From the NCBI GenBank assembly GCA_964016885.1, contig OZ024746.1, positions 124,001-188,000 of the forward strand: a DNA stretch of 64,000 nt. Direction: 5' to 3'. The notes under the pieces are model-generated. The model ran no database searches, was not told the DNA's origin, and worked only from the letters and a program-made list of their open reading frames with translations. Position numbers and translations under genes: made by a program. Numbering within the stretch: position 1 is the first letter of the stretch; every line of letters begins with the position of its first letter. Shown here piece after piece: positions 1 to 12,100 of this stretch. This DNA comes from Eledone cirrhosa. Its lineage: Eukaryota.

Positions 1-169
1 AAATTATTTGAAATAGGGTAATGAAAGGGTTAAAATGCTTATATTCATCATAATTCTATGTAAGGATCTTTATATTCTAAACACCAGGCTAATAACGTTA
101 AGGTTAGTTATATAACTAAATCCTCCAAATTTTTTATTATTTTCAAATGTTTTGAAGATCATTAGCAAA

Positions 170-440
170 TGTTTTTCATAAGCAATATGGTAATGGATGG
201 GTTAAAGACATAGGTAGTGTCTTTCATTAGAAATATGGTAATGAAAGGGTTAAAGACATAGGGAGTATCTTTCATTAGAAATATGGTAATGAAAGGGTTA
301 ATGACATAGGTAGTCTCTTTCATTAGAAATATGGTAATGAAAGGGTTAATGACATAGACAGTGTCTTTCATTAGAAATATGGTAATGAAAGAGTTAAAGA
401 CATAGACAGTGTTTTTCATTAGAAATATGGTCATGAAAGT
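170..440. repeat. 48-bp minisatellite, about 5.5 copies
   Basis: Unit ctttcattagaaatatggtaatgaaagggttaaagacatag...; explains the repetitive 93-aa ORF. Confidence 0.9.
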
Positions 441-514
441 CATCTAAAGAGATTAGAAAATAGGCAGCGGAAAGCTGGATTTGCTGAATCAAAACATTGG
501 CCAAGAGCCAAATA

Positions 515-950
515 TTCTCAGACTCAGACTCAGAAGCTCCCGCGTCTTGCGAGGCATGAGGCAATCATAGTGTTCCATCGCGTTCGGTCAGCAGCCAGTT
601 GCACAGCGTCCCGCCATTGTCTGTTTGTCGCTCGCAGGTCCCTCTCAACTGTCTGACGCCAGTTCATTTTGGGTTGCCCTCTCCGTCTGCTTCCCTGCGG
701 GCTCCATTTAAGTACTTGGTTCGCCAGTCTATCCGGGGGAAGTCTCAAAGCGTGTCCAAACCAGCCCAGGCGTCGCTTGCAGATGGTAGAAGAGACTAGC
801 TGCTGGTTGGTGCGGTTTCTGACTTCCTGGTGTGTTACATGGTCACTCCATTTAATCCCCAGGATCTTTCGCAGACATCTGGAATCGAATGCGTCCAACT
901 TCTTCTCTTGTATGGAAGTGAAACATGGCACCTTAAGACCAGCCAAATAT
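515..950 (-). mobile_element. RTE-clade LINE 3' fragment (family distinct from the other RTEs, (TCTGAG)n tail)
   Basis: LLYGSETW; LDAFDSRCLRKILGIKWSDHVT...RRLGWFGHALR...GSRRRGQPK..W. Confidence 0.85.
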
Positions 951-1989
951 TCTACTGGGATCATAATATGAAATATTGTAGTCTAAAATGTCAAGTATTA
1001 CTTAATGTTATTTATTTGATGAATAATGTGGATAACATTTAATTTTAGACATATTTCCTATATAACTGGACAATACAAGCTTCCATGTTTGTTCCATTTT
1101 AACATCCTGGATTGAGAATATCCTTCAATAACATCTTGCCATTAATGGAAGTGTAAAACACTTAAAAAAAAGAAAAATATAAGATTTCAGGAAGAGCCCT
1201 GTGGTGCTTCTAATACAGGGAATTCTTTTGGTACAATGAAATGTTTTAGGTGAGACATAAATGTTAGTTGTAGGGAAATGTCTTCAATACTTGATGCCTT
1301 TTAACCCTTTTGATATCAAACTGCCTGAAACTGTCCCTGCTTCTATAATACAAAGCTATTTTAAGGGGTTTACACTTTTCTAAGACATTCCACACTGTAA
1401 ATGTGGTTGGTGTTAGGAAGGGCATCCAACTGTAAAAAGAAAATGGTCAAAATACAGTTCTGTTTGAGTAAGGTGCAACACGGCCAATTGGCCAGACTTG
1501 TCTCATAATGTGGACGACCCATCTAATCCATGCAAGTGTGAAAAAAATAGATGTTAAATGGTGATAATGATGATGATTCTATCATAATTCTATAAAGGAA
1601 CTTTTGTTAAGTTTTGTTCCAAACACCAGCTTAATAATGATTTCTAAGTTAGGCACAAGGCCAGCAATTTGAAGGAGAGTGAAAGTCAATTAAATCAATT
1701 TCAGTAGTTGTGCTTTATTTTATCAGTTCCAGAAGGGCAAAGTTGACCTCAACAAAATTTGAACTCAGCACAAACAACCAGAACAAATACTAAGCATGTG
1801 TTTGATGTTCCAACAATTCTGCTAATCCACCACTCTGCACCAACTTAATAATGAATAAGTTTGTTTTATTACTAAATTCCTCCAAATTCTTAAATATTTT
1901 CAAAATCATAAGCAATGTCTTTCATTAGAAATATCTACTGTATATATTGGAGTAATGGGCCTAGTGTTGGTGATGTACATAATAAATGC

Positions 1990-2460
1990 ACCAAATACAT
2001 ACTGTAAAGTGGTTGATGGGCGGAGGTGGTGAGAGCAGACCTCAGATAGCTGAAACTTACCGAGGAGATGACGAAGGACCATGATAAGTGGAGAGATGCT
2101 GTGCTGAATAGGACCCGTCCTACCCTTGCAAGCATGGAAAAGCGGACGTAAAATGATGATGATGATGGTGGTGGTGGTGGTGATGATGATGTCTGTGGAA
2201 TATTCAACCACTTACACATTAATTTCAGCAACTATCCCCGAAAGCCCAGCTGTCTTGCCTGTCTTCATATCTTTGATTGCCTTACTTATTATACTACCAC
2301 TAACTTGCACAGCTGGTCCCTCTGTCGGATCGATTTTGGGCAGACTATCTTTATCCCATTCATTCTCCTCATTTAGTAGTCTCTAGTGGTGATACTTTCA
2401 TGCTACTTTCTTTTCAGTATCAGTATCATCATTCCAGACACATTTCTCCCTGATCTATAG
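1990..2460. mobile_element. Short RTE remnants (3' end on +, internal piece on -)
   Basis: cccttgcaagcatggaaaagcggacgtaaaa(tga)n tail; 2230-2460 similar to RTE ORF2 at 4380-4620. Confidence 0.6.
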
Positions 2461-2509
2461 GTGATCAAGTGATTGTCTCATTTTTTATATAGACACACAC
2501 ACACATATA

Positions 2510-5500
2510 TCATCATCACCGTTTTACGTCCGTTCTTCCATACTAGCATGGGTTAGACGGGTTGTCCTGTTGTGGGCAGTGTCTGGTCGGCTGACCATGC
2601 CTTGTTCATACAGCAACTGATTTTGGCTTGATTTCTACAGTTGGATGCCCTTCCTAACACCAACCTCATTTACTGTGAGTGCTGGCGCTTTTTTTCCGTG
2701 GCGCCTACACGTCCACTTTACAGTGTGGGCTGGGTGCTTTTTTGTCGTGACACCTCCACGACCACTTTGCAGTGGGAGGGTGTGGGGGCATATTGTCTAT
2801 ATGCTTCAGCTTGTACCCATGGGAGGTCGGGTATACTGTATTACTACTTGACGCCAGAGGTCACGGTCGTGTGTCATCGCCTTTGAGAGGTATAATTGGG
2901 TAAGGTTGGCTTTTATCACCTCATCCCAGGTCTTCTTGGGTCTCCCACTCCGTGGTTTCCAATGACTTCTAGTGCTCTGCACCTTTTTATGCAGCTGTCA
3001 TCCTTCATACGCATCACATGTCCATAGCAACGCAACCGCCTCTCCTGCACACAGCATTTGATTCCTCTTATGCTCAGTTTCTCTCTCAGTTCATTTATGC
3101 TTTGCCGTTCGCATATATTACTATTTCACATCCATTGGAGCATGCAGACTTCGTTTCTTTCTAATCTACATAAGTCTTCCACCTTCAGCGCCCAGGTCTC
3201 ACTACCATGTAACATTGCTGTTCATAAACACGCATCATACAGTCTGCCTTTCATTTTGAGGGAAAAGCCTTTTGCAGCTAGCAGTGGCAGTAGTTTCCTG
3301 AACTTCTTCCATCCCGTTCTTACCCTAGTTATTGTACTTTCTGAACACCCACCTCCACTGCTAATTCAGTCACCTAGGTAGCAGAAGCTGTCTAATGTTT
3401 CGACAGAGCCCTCCCGGACATTGGTGGTACTTGTTTCCTGTGGCTGTTTGCTGCTTGCTGTCCCAGCACAGCTGCTACATGTGAAGCCTACATTCTTAAT
3501 TAAGCTTCCTGAGGTCCCGCTACATCTGAGTACCCATTGTTTGCATTTGGGGCAGAGAATGGAGTTCCTACCTACACCTTTCCTACATACTGAGCAATGC
3601 CATTTTCCTGAGGGGATCTGGGTTCTGTTTTCTAGTCTACTTACAAGGACCTTAGTCTTTGTCAGGTTGACTTTGAGACCCTTTCTTTCTAGTCCCTGCT
3701 TAAATGTTTGGAATTTCTTCTCTAGTTCTACCATAGATTCAGCTATAAGTGCGAGGTCATCTGCATACAGGAGTTCCCATTGGCATCTGGTCTTAAACTC
3801 CTCTGTTATTGCCTGCAGGACTATGATGAACAGGAGAGGGCTAAGAACAGAGCCCTGGTGGACACAAACCTGTACGCTAAATTCCTCGCTATACTCATTG
3901 CTAATCCTAACTTTGCTAACTGCTCCCCTATACATGGCTTGTACAACTTTCACAAGCCATTCATCTTACTCCTAGTTTTCTAAGAGCCCACCAGATTATA
4001 GCACGTGGAACTCTGTCAAAGGCTTTCTCAAGATCGACGAATGCCAGGTAGAGTGACTTACTTTTAGCTAGGTACTTTTCCTGTAACTGCCTCACAAGGA
4101 AGAGGGCATCAGTGGTGCCTCTTCCTGGTACAAACCCAAATTGCATCTCATCTAGTTTCACCCCGATCCCTAATCAACTGTGCTATAACTCTTTCTGTTA
4201 CTTTCATGACCTGGTCCATCAGCTTTATACCTCTATCTAGTGCATCACCTTTACCCTTGTAGCAGTTGACAATGATGCTACTGCTCCAATCTTTTGGTAT
4301 GACACCTTCTAGTATTACCTGGTTAACAATACGTGTGGTTATAGTGTGACCTACAGACCCAGATGCCTTCAGCATCTCGGCAGCTATACCTGATGGACCG
4401 GTTGCCTTCCCCATCTTCATATCTTTGATTGCCTTACTTACTATGCTGCTGCTGACTTGTACTGCTGGCCCCTCTATAGGGTCTACTTGGGGTAGGGTCT
4501 CTTCTTCCCATGCATTCTCCTCATTTAGTAATCTATCATAATGGCTCTTCCATGCATATTTCTTCTCAGAACTTGTGAGGGCAAGCTCACCTTTATCATT
4601 CCAGATACACTTCTCTCCAATGACATCACAATTCTCTCTGACACACTGCCTCGCAATCTTGAACACCTCCTCACGTTGCAAAACATGCTTGAATTTTCTA
4701 TCCTCTGCTTTCCTCCTAGCTAAGTATACTTGTCGCCTAGCTTCCCTCTTGGTCTCTATGTAATGTACCCTGCTTCCCCCGTTCTTCCATTCTTTCCATG
4801 CCTGTCTCTTGGCCTTAACTGCCTCATCTACCTTATTGTTCCACCACCAAGTCACTCTCATCCTGCTTGTGGTCTTACTCCAGCCACAGATCTCATCCGT
4901 CGCCTCTAGTAAGTTATTTTTTAAGAACTCCCAATGCTCTTCTACATTGAATGTCTCTATCTGTTCTTCTTTACTGTTGTAGGCATTGAGTAAAATATCT
5001 TTAAATCTGTTACTGGCTGAGGGGTCTTTCAGCTTCCAGATCTTTCTTCTCCAGGTTGGCCTCTGTTTCCAGGTTCGTCTAGTTCTGACCGTGAGGTTGC
5101 TGACAACTAAGCTATGTTGGGAGGTACATTCCTCACTAGGGAAGGCTTTTGTGTTTACAACCGTCCATCTGTCATGTCTTCTGATGAGGATAAAATCTAT
5201 CTGACTAGAATGCTCCCCTGATCTATAGGTGATCAGGTGGTTGTCGGGTTTTTTTGAAGTTTGTGTTACATATCGACATGTCATTGGCGTCGCAGAATTC
5301 TAGAAGTCTGAATCCTTCTTCATTTCTTGTGCCAACCGCATGGCCTCCATGGACTCTATTGAAGCCGTCACAGTGTTTACCTACGTGTCCGTTAAAATCT
5401 CCTGCAATGATTAGGAAGTCATTGTCATTTGTTAGAGCAGTAGTGTGCATTAGGGACTCGTAAAACCTATCCTTAAGTTCATCTGGCAACCCCGATTGGG

Positions 5501-5722
5501 GTGCGTAAGCTGATATTATTGTGGTAATTGTTTTATTTAGGACTAGTCTGAGTTTAATGATTCTTGCATTTACCCTGTTCACTGAGATTACTTTATCTAC
5601 CCACTTGTCAGCTAGTAGAATACCTACACCACCCATCCCATCGTCATTTCCCACCCAGAAAAATTTGTAGCACTGACTTTTTCCTACAAGGACTCTAGCA
5701 GACTCTCCTCTCCATCTAGTCT
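2510..5722 (-). mobile_element. 5'-truncated RTE LINE (APE endonuclease, RT, PHD-like Zn finger), frameshifted and with stops
   Basis: GVGILL...AGDFNGHVG...SQIDFIL; QFGF..GRGTTDA..FVDLEKAFDRV; QGSVLSPLLF; LLYADD; CSVC..C..C..H..C..CSSC; (GAT)n tail at about 2510. Confidence 0.95.
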
Positions 5723-6684
5723 CAATAGGTTTACTTAGATTTTTTTTCTACTCTTTCGGCTTCCTGTTATTTTGCTTCTATTGTATCGTTTAATTGATAC
5801 ATGCATACACGCTAGCTCGAAGTAGCTAGTCAGCAAATAATGTATGTAGTGATAATTGCTGTCACAATTTTATTACTCAATATTCAATGTACCAACAAGT
5901 GAATATTGTTATTGTAAAATAAACATTGTCAACATCACAATTCTGGCATTATTCTTTTTATCATTCATCCTGAAAGGAATACATTTATCCACTACATATA
6001 TGATAGGCTTGAGCATTCACTTTCCCTGCTATCAAGGGTTGGACAGGTCTTCATTAAATTTCCCTGACAAGGCATTGGTGAAGGCTTTAGTAGAAGGTAC
6101 CTGCTCAAGGTGGTGCCATGTAGTGGGATGTAATCAGAGATCATGTGGTTATCAAGTAAACTTCTTCACTACACAGTCCTACAGCTGCACCATATATAAT
6201 AATTTCATTTAAACTATCATTATTTTCAAATCTCATTGAGGTTAGCTTTAACTTTCATTCTTACAAGGTCAATAAAGTACCAATAATGCACTGGGGTCGC
6301 TTTAATCAACTTTCCTCTTCCCCTAAAATTGTACTTTGTGCCTAAATTAGAAACCATTATTTGCTGTTGCTGTTGTTGTTTCTGAAAAGTAAAATTAAAT
6401 ATACCACAAAACTAAAATATAAAAATATATAAATGTATTTCTCTGTTTTATACATGTGTTATTTGAAATACAAATAAATTGTAATTACTTCAAGACATGT
6501 GATTATAAGTTCTGTTCCATGGGTGATAGCTGTACATGAAACTGCCATGATGTAGAAATACATGGGAAATTTGGTGAAACTAGAATGAGAAGTGATCGTT
6601 ATTTTTAGATGAGAATACGAGAGGGGAAAGAAATTGTTGTTGTTTTTTTTCTTTGATTTCTATATTTATTGTATTTTTTTTTAT

Positions 6685-7526
6685 TCAACTTTTCAATTTT
6701 TTAAGAACTTCTAAAAAGCTATAGAAAGCTTTCATCTTTTCTTCATGCATTTTACGCATTTCCAGGCGATCTTCTTCTTGCTGGCGTTTCTCTTCCTCCT
6801 TATTTGCTTTGAGCCAGTTGAGAATGTCCATGGTGCTGCATTCTGAGGAACGTGGTCGTTTTGGTTTGAAGCGTCGAACTTTTTCTGCAGAATTCTCCAG
6901 AATGTCAGTTGCACAGTTCGATGATGTACTTGCCAAACTAATTGATATCACATTTGATTGTCCAAGAATCTCAGATATTTCATCATAAAAACTACATTTC
7001 CGTTTTAGTCCAGAGTTTCTGTTGTATTCTTCAACTTTTTTGAAAGACAGTTTTAGCGACTTCCATTTATTTTCACATTGTCGGGCACTAATTTCAAAAC
7101 CATATTCAAGCATCTTTTTAGAAATTTCTTCCCAAAGATTCTTTTTCTTAATGTTTGGTTGTAGAAAAAGTTCATGGTAGTGTTTATAGAGTTCGATAAA
7201 CAGTCTAGTTGATTGTTCATTCCACTGGTAAGCATCTTTCTTGAAATCAGCTATATTGATACCATTCTTTGATGTGAAAGATTCTTCCGTGAGCTGGACA
7301 GCCTCTGAAGGTATTGTGGAAACACCATTAGTTGTACTTCCAATACTAACTGTACAAGGCGGGCTAGACCATACTGAAGAAAGGGGTAATACAGGAGTAG
7401 CAACATCTATTGGGGTTGTAGCAGAAGCTACTGAAATAGCTGTCTGGGCAACAGATGTCACTACAGGCACAATAGCGTTGGCATCTTTCATGGAATTTTT
7501 TATCCCTTTCACATCTTTTGATCCGT
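6685..7526 (-). CDS. CIDE-N/Myb-SANT gene, terminal exon (Myb/SANT-like domain about 6960-7230, C-terminal coiled coil)
   Basis: ctctctcttttcag acceptor at 7527-7529; uninterrupted ORF to TGA; AATAAA candidates near 6665 and 5869 on the minus strand. Confidence 0.88.
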
Positions 7527-8521
7527 CTGAAAAGAGAGAGAGAAGTAAGAATTCATAGAATAATGAGAAACACAAGAATAGCTGATAAAACAACGCCGTC
7601 AATGACAGTGTAGGGTAAAAATTACCTCAAAGGACAGAAATCAGTGGCTAGAAGTGTGTTGGCCTGCAGAAGTGATAGGAAGAAAAATAATTGTTTCTAC
7701 TTTAGGCACAAGGCCAGCAATTACCCAGTGCATTACTGGTACTTTATTTTATCGACCCCGTAAGGATGAAAGGCAAAGTCAACCTTGGCGGGATTTGAAC
7801 TCAGATCGTAAAGGGACGTAACTATGCTGGAAAGCATGGCGACCGACCCTCTACCGAAATTTCCTATGATATTCACTATCTCTTTGTCTTAGGTCCATAA
7901 CTCCTAAGGAAGTGATAGGGATGCCGTATCTCTATATGGCATGTCTAAGGCATTTTTAAACATGGTGGAATCCATCTCTTCTCCAGGTCTGAATACAGCA
8001 GATTTCTTCCAAAGAAGGATAAAGAGAGTGACGGAAAGGAAATGAGAAAGAGATATAGAGGAAGAATCAACCCCAGTACTTAACTCGTACTTTTTTATCG
8101 ACCTTGAATAGATGAAAGGCAAAGTTGACCTCAGCAGAATTTGAATTCAGAGAACAAACAAATATGCAAAGCATTCTAACAACTCTGCCAATTTATTGTC
8201 TATTCTCCATGTATGTAACTCTTAACCCATAATTCCTCATGGGGTTGTAGGGGTGCCAGTGTGACAGTATTTCTAGGGCATTTTACACCTGGTGGAGCCC
8301 ATCCCCTCTGTATCAGTCTTTACTTTTCTCTTGAATAACATTGGTGGCATGGAGAGGAGAGACTGGTATGCATGGGTAACTGCTGGTCTTCCACAAACAA
8401 CCTTGCTCGGAATTGTGCCTTGGAGGAGAACTTCCTAGATGCAAAACCCATGGTTGTTCATGACGAAAGGTAGTCTTTACTCTTTATAAACATATCTATA
8501 TATATGCAGAACAGGACTAAC

Positions 8522-8553
<32 letters not shown>

Positions 8554-8797
8554 GTAATATATATATATATATATTTATTTATTTATTTATGTAATAAACA
8601 AGATAAGATAATTATTTCATTTACCAATGGTTTCTTGTTTTTATTCATTCTGACGACTGAAGACAGATACAACATCTTTCTTCAAGAAACCACTGGTAAA
8701 TGAAATAATTATCTTATGTTGTTTATTACATAACTAATAAGCTCTGTAGCCTACATAGAGCACTTTTTTTCCTGTACCTTTCCGACGGAAATACTTC

Positions 8798-8839
<42 letters not shown>

Positions 8840-9096
8840 TCATCATCATCATCGTTTAATGTCTATCTTACATGGTAGCATGGGTTAGACGGGTTTGTCC
8901 CATTTGAGGCAAGTTGGGTGACCGTGTCTCACTCGAATACAAATGTTTCTGGCTGGTTTTCTATGGCTGGATGCCCTCCCTAATGTCAACCACATTTACA
9001 GTGTGGACTGGGTGCTTTTTGTCGTGACACCTACACGACCACCCTTACAGAGTAAGGGTGGTGTGGACGGAAGTGAGAGGGAGGTGTAGGGGTGTG

Positions 9097-9147
<51 letters not shown>

Positions 9148-12100
9148 CCGCCCTGTCCTTCTCCTCAATCTTTCTATTTCTTCTTTAATTTCTCATTCTA
9201 TCTTCTGATGAAGGACTAGCATCAGAAATGTTAAGACTCTTTTCCTACTATATCAAACATAAAACTAATAATATATTTCTTCATTGTACTGTGTTGTTTG
9301 CTTTGTTATTTCTGTTTGCCTTTTGCATACATATATATATGTAATCAGTTCCCGTCCCACCCTTGCAAGCAGGGAAAAGCGGATGTAAAATGAAATGATG
9401 AAAATGATGATGAAATGTATGCAAAAGGGGTGCAAATTTTTCATATTACCCACTCTACTACCCCAAGTATCGAGTACTCTAGTGAGTAATGGTCTAATTG
9501 GTTTTTACCGCCTCCATTCTGATATATATATATATATAATGGGTAGATAAGGTAATCTCAGTGAACAGGGTGAGCGCAAGAATAAAACAATTGCCACAAG
9601 AATATCAGCTTACGCACCCCAATCAGGGTTGCCAGACGAACTTAAGGATAGGTTTTACGAGTCCCTAATGCACACTACTGCCCTAACAAACAACAATGAC
9701 TTCCTAATCATTGCAGGAGATGTTAACAGAGATATTGGTAAACACCGTGATGGCTTCTATAGAGATCACAGAGGCCACAGGTCTGGTAGAAGAAATGAAG
9801 AAGGATTCAGGCTTCTAGAATTCTGAGACGCCAATGACATGTCGATATGTAACACAAACTTCAAAAAACCCGACAACCATTTGATCACCTATAGATCAGG
9901 GGAGCATTCTAGTCAGTTGGATTTTATCCTCATCAGAGGACATGATAGATGGACGGTCGTAAACACAAAAGCCTTCCCTAGTGAGGAATGTACCTCCCAA
10001 CATAATTTAGTTGTCAGCGACCTCACTGTCAGAACTAGACAAACTTGGAAACAGAAGGCAGCCTGAAAAAGAAAGATCTGGAAGCTGAAAGACCCCTCAG
10101 CCAGTAACAGATTTAAAGATATTTTACTCAACACTGATGACAGTAAAGAAGAACAGATAGAGACATTCAATGTAGAAGAGCATTGGGAGTTCCTAAAAAA
10201 TAACTTACTAAAGGTGACGGACGAGATCTATGGTTGGAGCAAGACCACAGGGAGGAGGAGAGTGACTTGGTGGTGGAACAATAAGGTAGATGAAGCAGTT
10301 AAGGCCAAGAGACAGGCATGGAAAGAATGGAAGAACGGAGGGAAGCAAGGTACATTACATAGAGACCAGGAGGGAAGCTAGGCGACAAGTATACTTAGCT
10401 AGAAGGGAAGCGGAGGATAGAAAATTCAAGCATGTTTTGCAACACGAGGACCAGAAAGAGGAGATGTTCAAGATTGCGAGGCAGTGTGTCAGAGAGAATT
10501 GTGATGTCGTTCGAGAGAAGTGTAACCGGAATGATAAAGGTGAGCTTGCCCTCACAAGTTCTGAGAAGAAATATGCATGGAAGAGCCATTATGAAAGATT
10601 ACTAAATGAGGAGAATGCATGGGAAAAAGAGACTCTACCCCAAGTGGACCCTATAGAGGGGCCAGCAGTACAAGTCAGCAGCAGCATAGTAAGTAAGGCA
10701 ATCAAAGATATGAAGACGGGGAAGGCAACCGGTCCATCGGGTATAGCTGCCAAGATGCTGAAGGCATCTGGGTCGGTAGGTCACACCATAACCACATGTA
10801 TTGTTAACCAGGTAATACTAGAGGGTATCATACCAAAGGATTGGTGCAGCAGCATCATTGTCAACTGCTACAAGGGTAAAGGTGATGCACTAGATAGAGG
10901 AAACTATAGAGGTATAAAGCTGATGGACCAGGTCATGAAAGTAACAGAAAGAGTTATAGCACAGTTGATTAGGGACTGGGTAAAACTAGATGAGATGCAA
11001 TTTGGGTTTGTGCCAGCAAAAGGCGCCACTGATGCCCTCTTCCTTGTGAAGCAGTTACAGGAAAAGTACCTAGCTAAAATTAAGTCGCTCTACCTGGCAT
11101 TTGTCGATCTGGAAAAAGCCTTCGACAGAGTCGCCCATGCTATAATCAGGTGGGCTCTTAGAAAACTGAATTGCTTTTGAAAGCTGTACAAGCCATGTAT
11201 AGGGGAGCAGTCAGCAAAGTTAGGATTAGCAATGACTATAGCGAGGAATTTAGCATACAGGTTGGTGTCCACCAGGGCTCTGTTCTTAGCCCTCTCCTGT
11301 TCATCATAGTTTTGCAGGCAATAACGGAGGAGTTTAAGACCGGATGCCAATGGGAACTCCTGTATGCGGATGACTTCGCACTTATAGCTGAATCTATGGT
11401 AGAACTAGAAAAGAAATTCCAAACATGGAAGCAGGGACTAGAAAGAAAGGGTCTCAAAGTCAACCTGACAAAGACTAAGGTCCTTGTAAGTAGACGAGAA
11501 AACAGAACCCAGATCTCCTCAAGGAAGTGGCCTTGCTCAGTATGTAGGAAAGATGTAGGTAGGAACTCCATTCTCTGCCCCAAATGCAAACAATGGGTAC
11601 TCAAGAGATGTAGTGGAATCTCAGGAAGCTTAACTAAGAATATAGGCTTCACATGTAGCAGCTGTGCTGGGACAGCAAGCAGCAAATGGCCACAGGAAAC
11701 AAGCACCACCAAACTGTGGGAGGGCTCTGTAGAAACAGCAGACAGCTTCTGCTACCTAGGTGACCAAATTAGCAGCGGAGGTGGGTGTTCGGAAAGTACA
11801 ATAACTAGGGTAAGAACGGGATGGAAGAAGCTAAGGGAGCTACAGGCCACTGCTAGCTGCAGAAGGCTTTTCCCTCAAAATGAAAGGCAGACTGTATGAT
11901 GCGTGTATACGAACAGCAATGTTACATGGTAGTGAGACCTGGGCACTGTCTGTGGAAGACTTGCGTAGATTAGAAAGAAACGAAGCTTACATGCTCCGAT
12001 GGATGTGTAATAGTAATATACGCGAACGGCAAAGCATAAATGAATTGAGAGAGAGGCTGAGCATAAGAGGAACCAAATGCTGTGTGCAGGAGAGGAGGTT

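Noticed and set aside
162-443. 93-aa repetitive ORF
   Set aside because: Translation of a 48-bp minisatellite; no splice or start context
3058-5463. Plus-strand ORFs of 60-184 aa
   Set aside because: Antisense shadows of RTE ORF2; the same applies to the plus-strand ORFs over the Gypsy element
7527-7602. Hydrophobic signal-peptide-like start of the 305-aa ORF (MTALFYQLFL...)
   Set aside because: It is the intronic polypyrimidine tract upstream of the acceptor at 7527-7529
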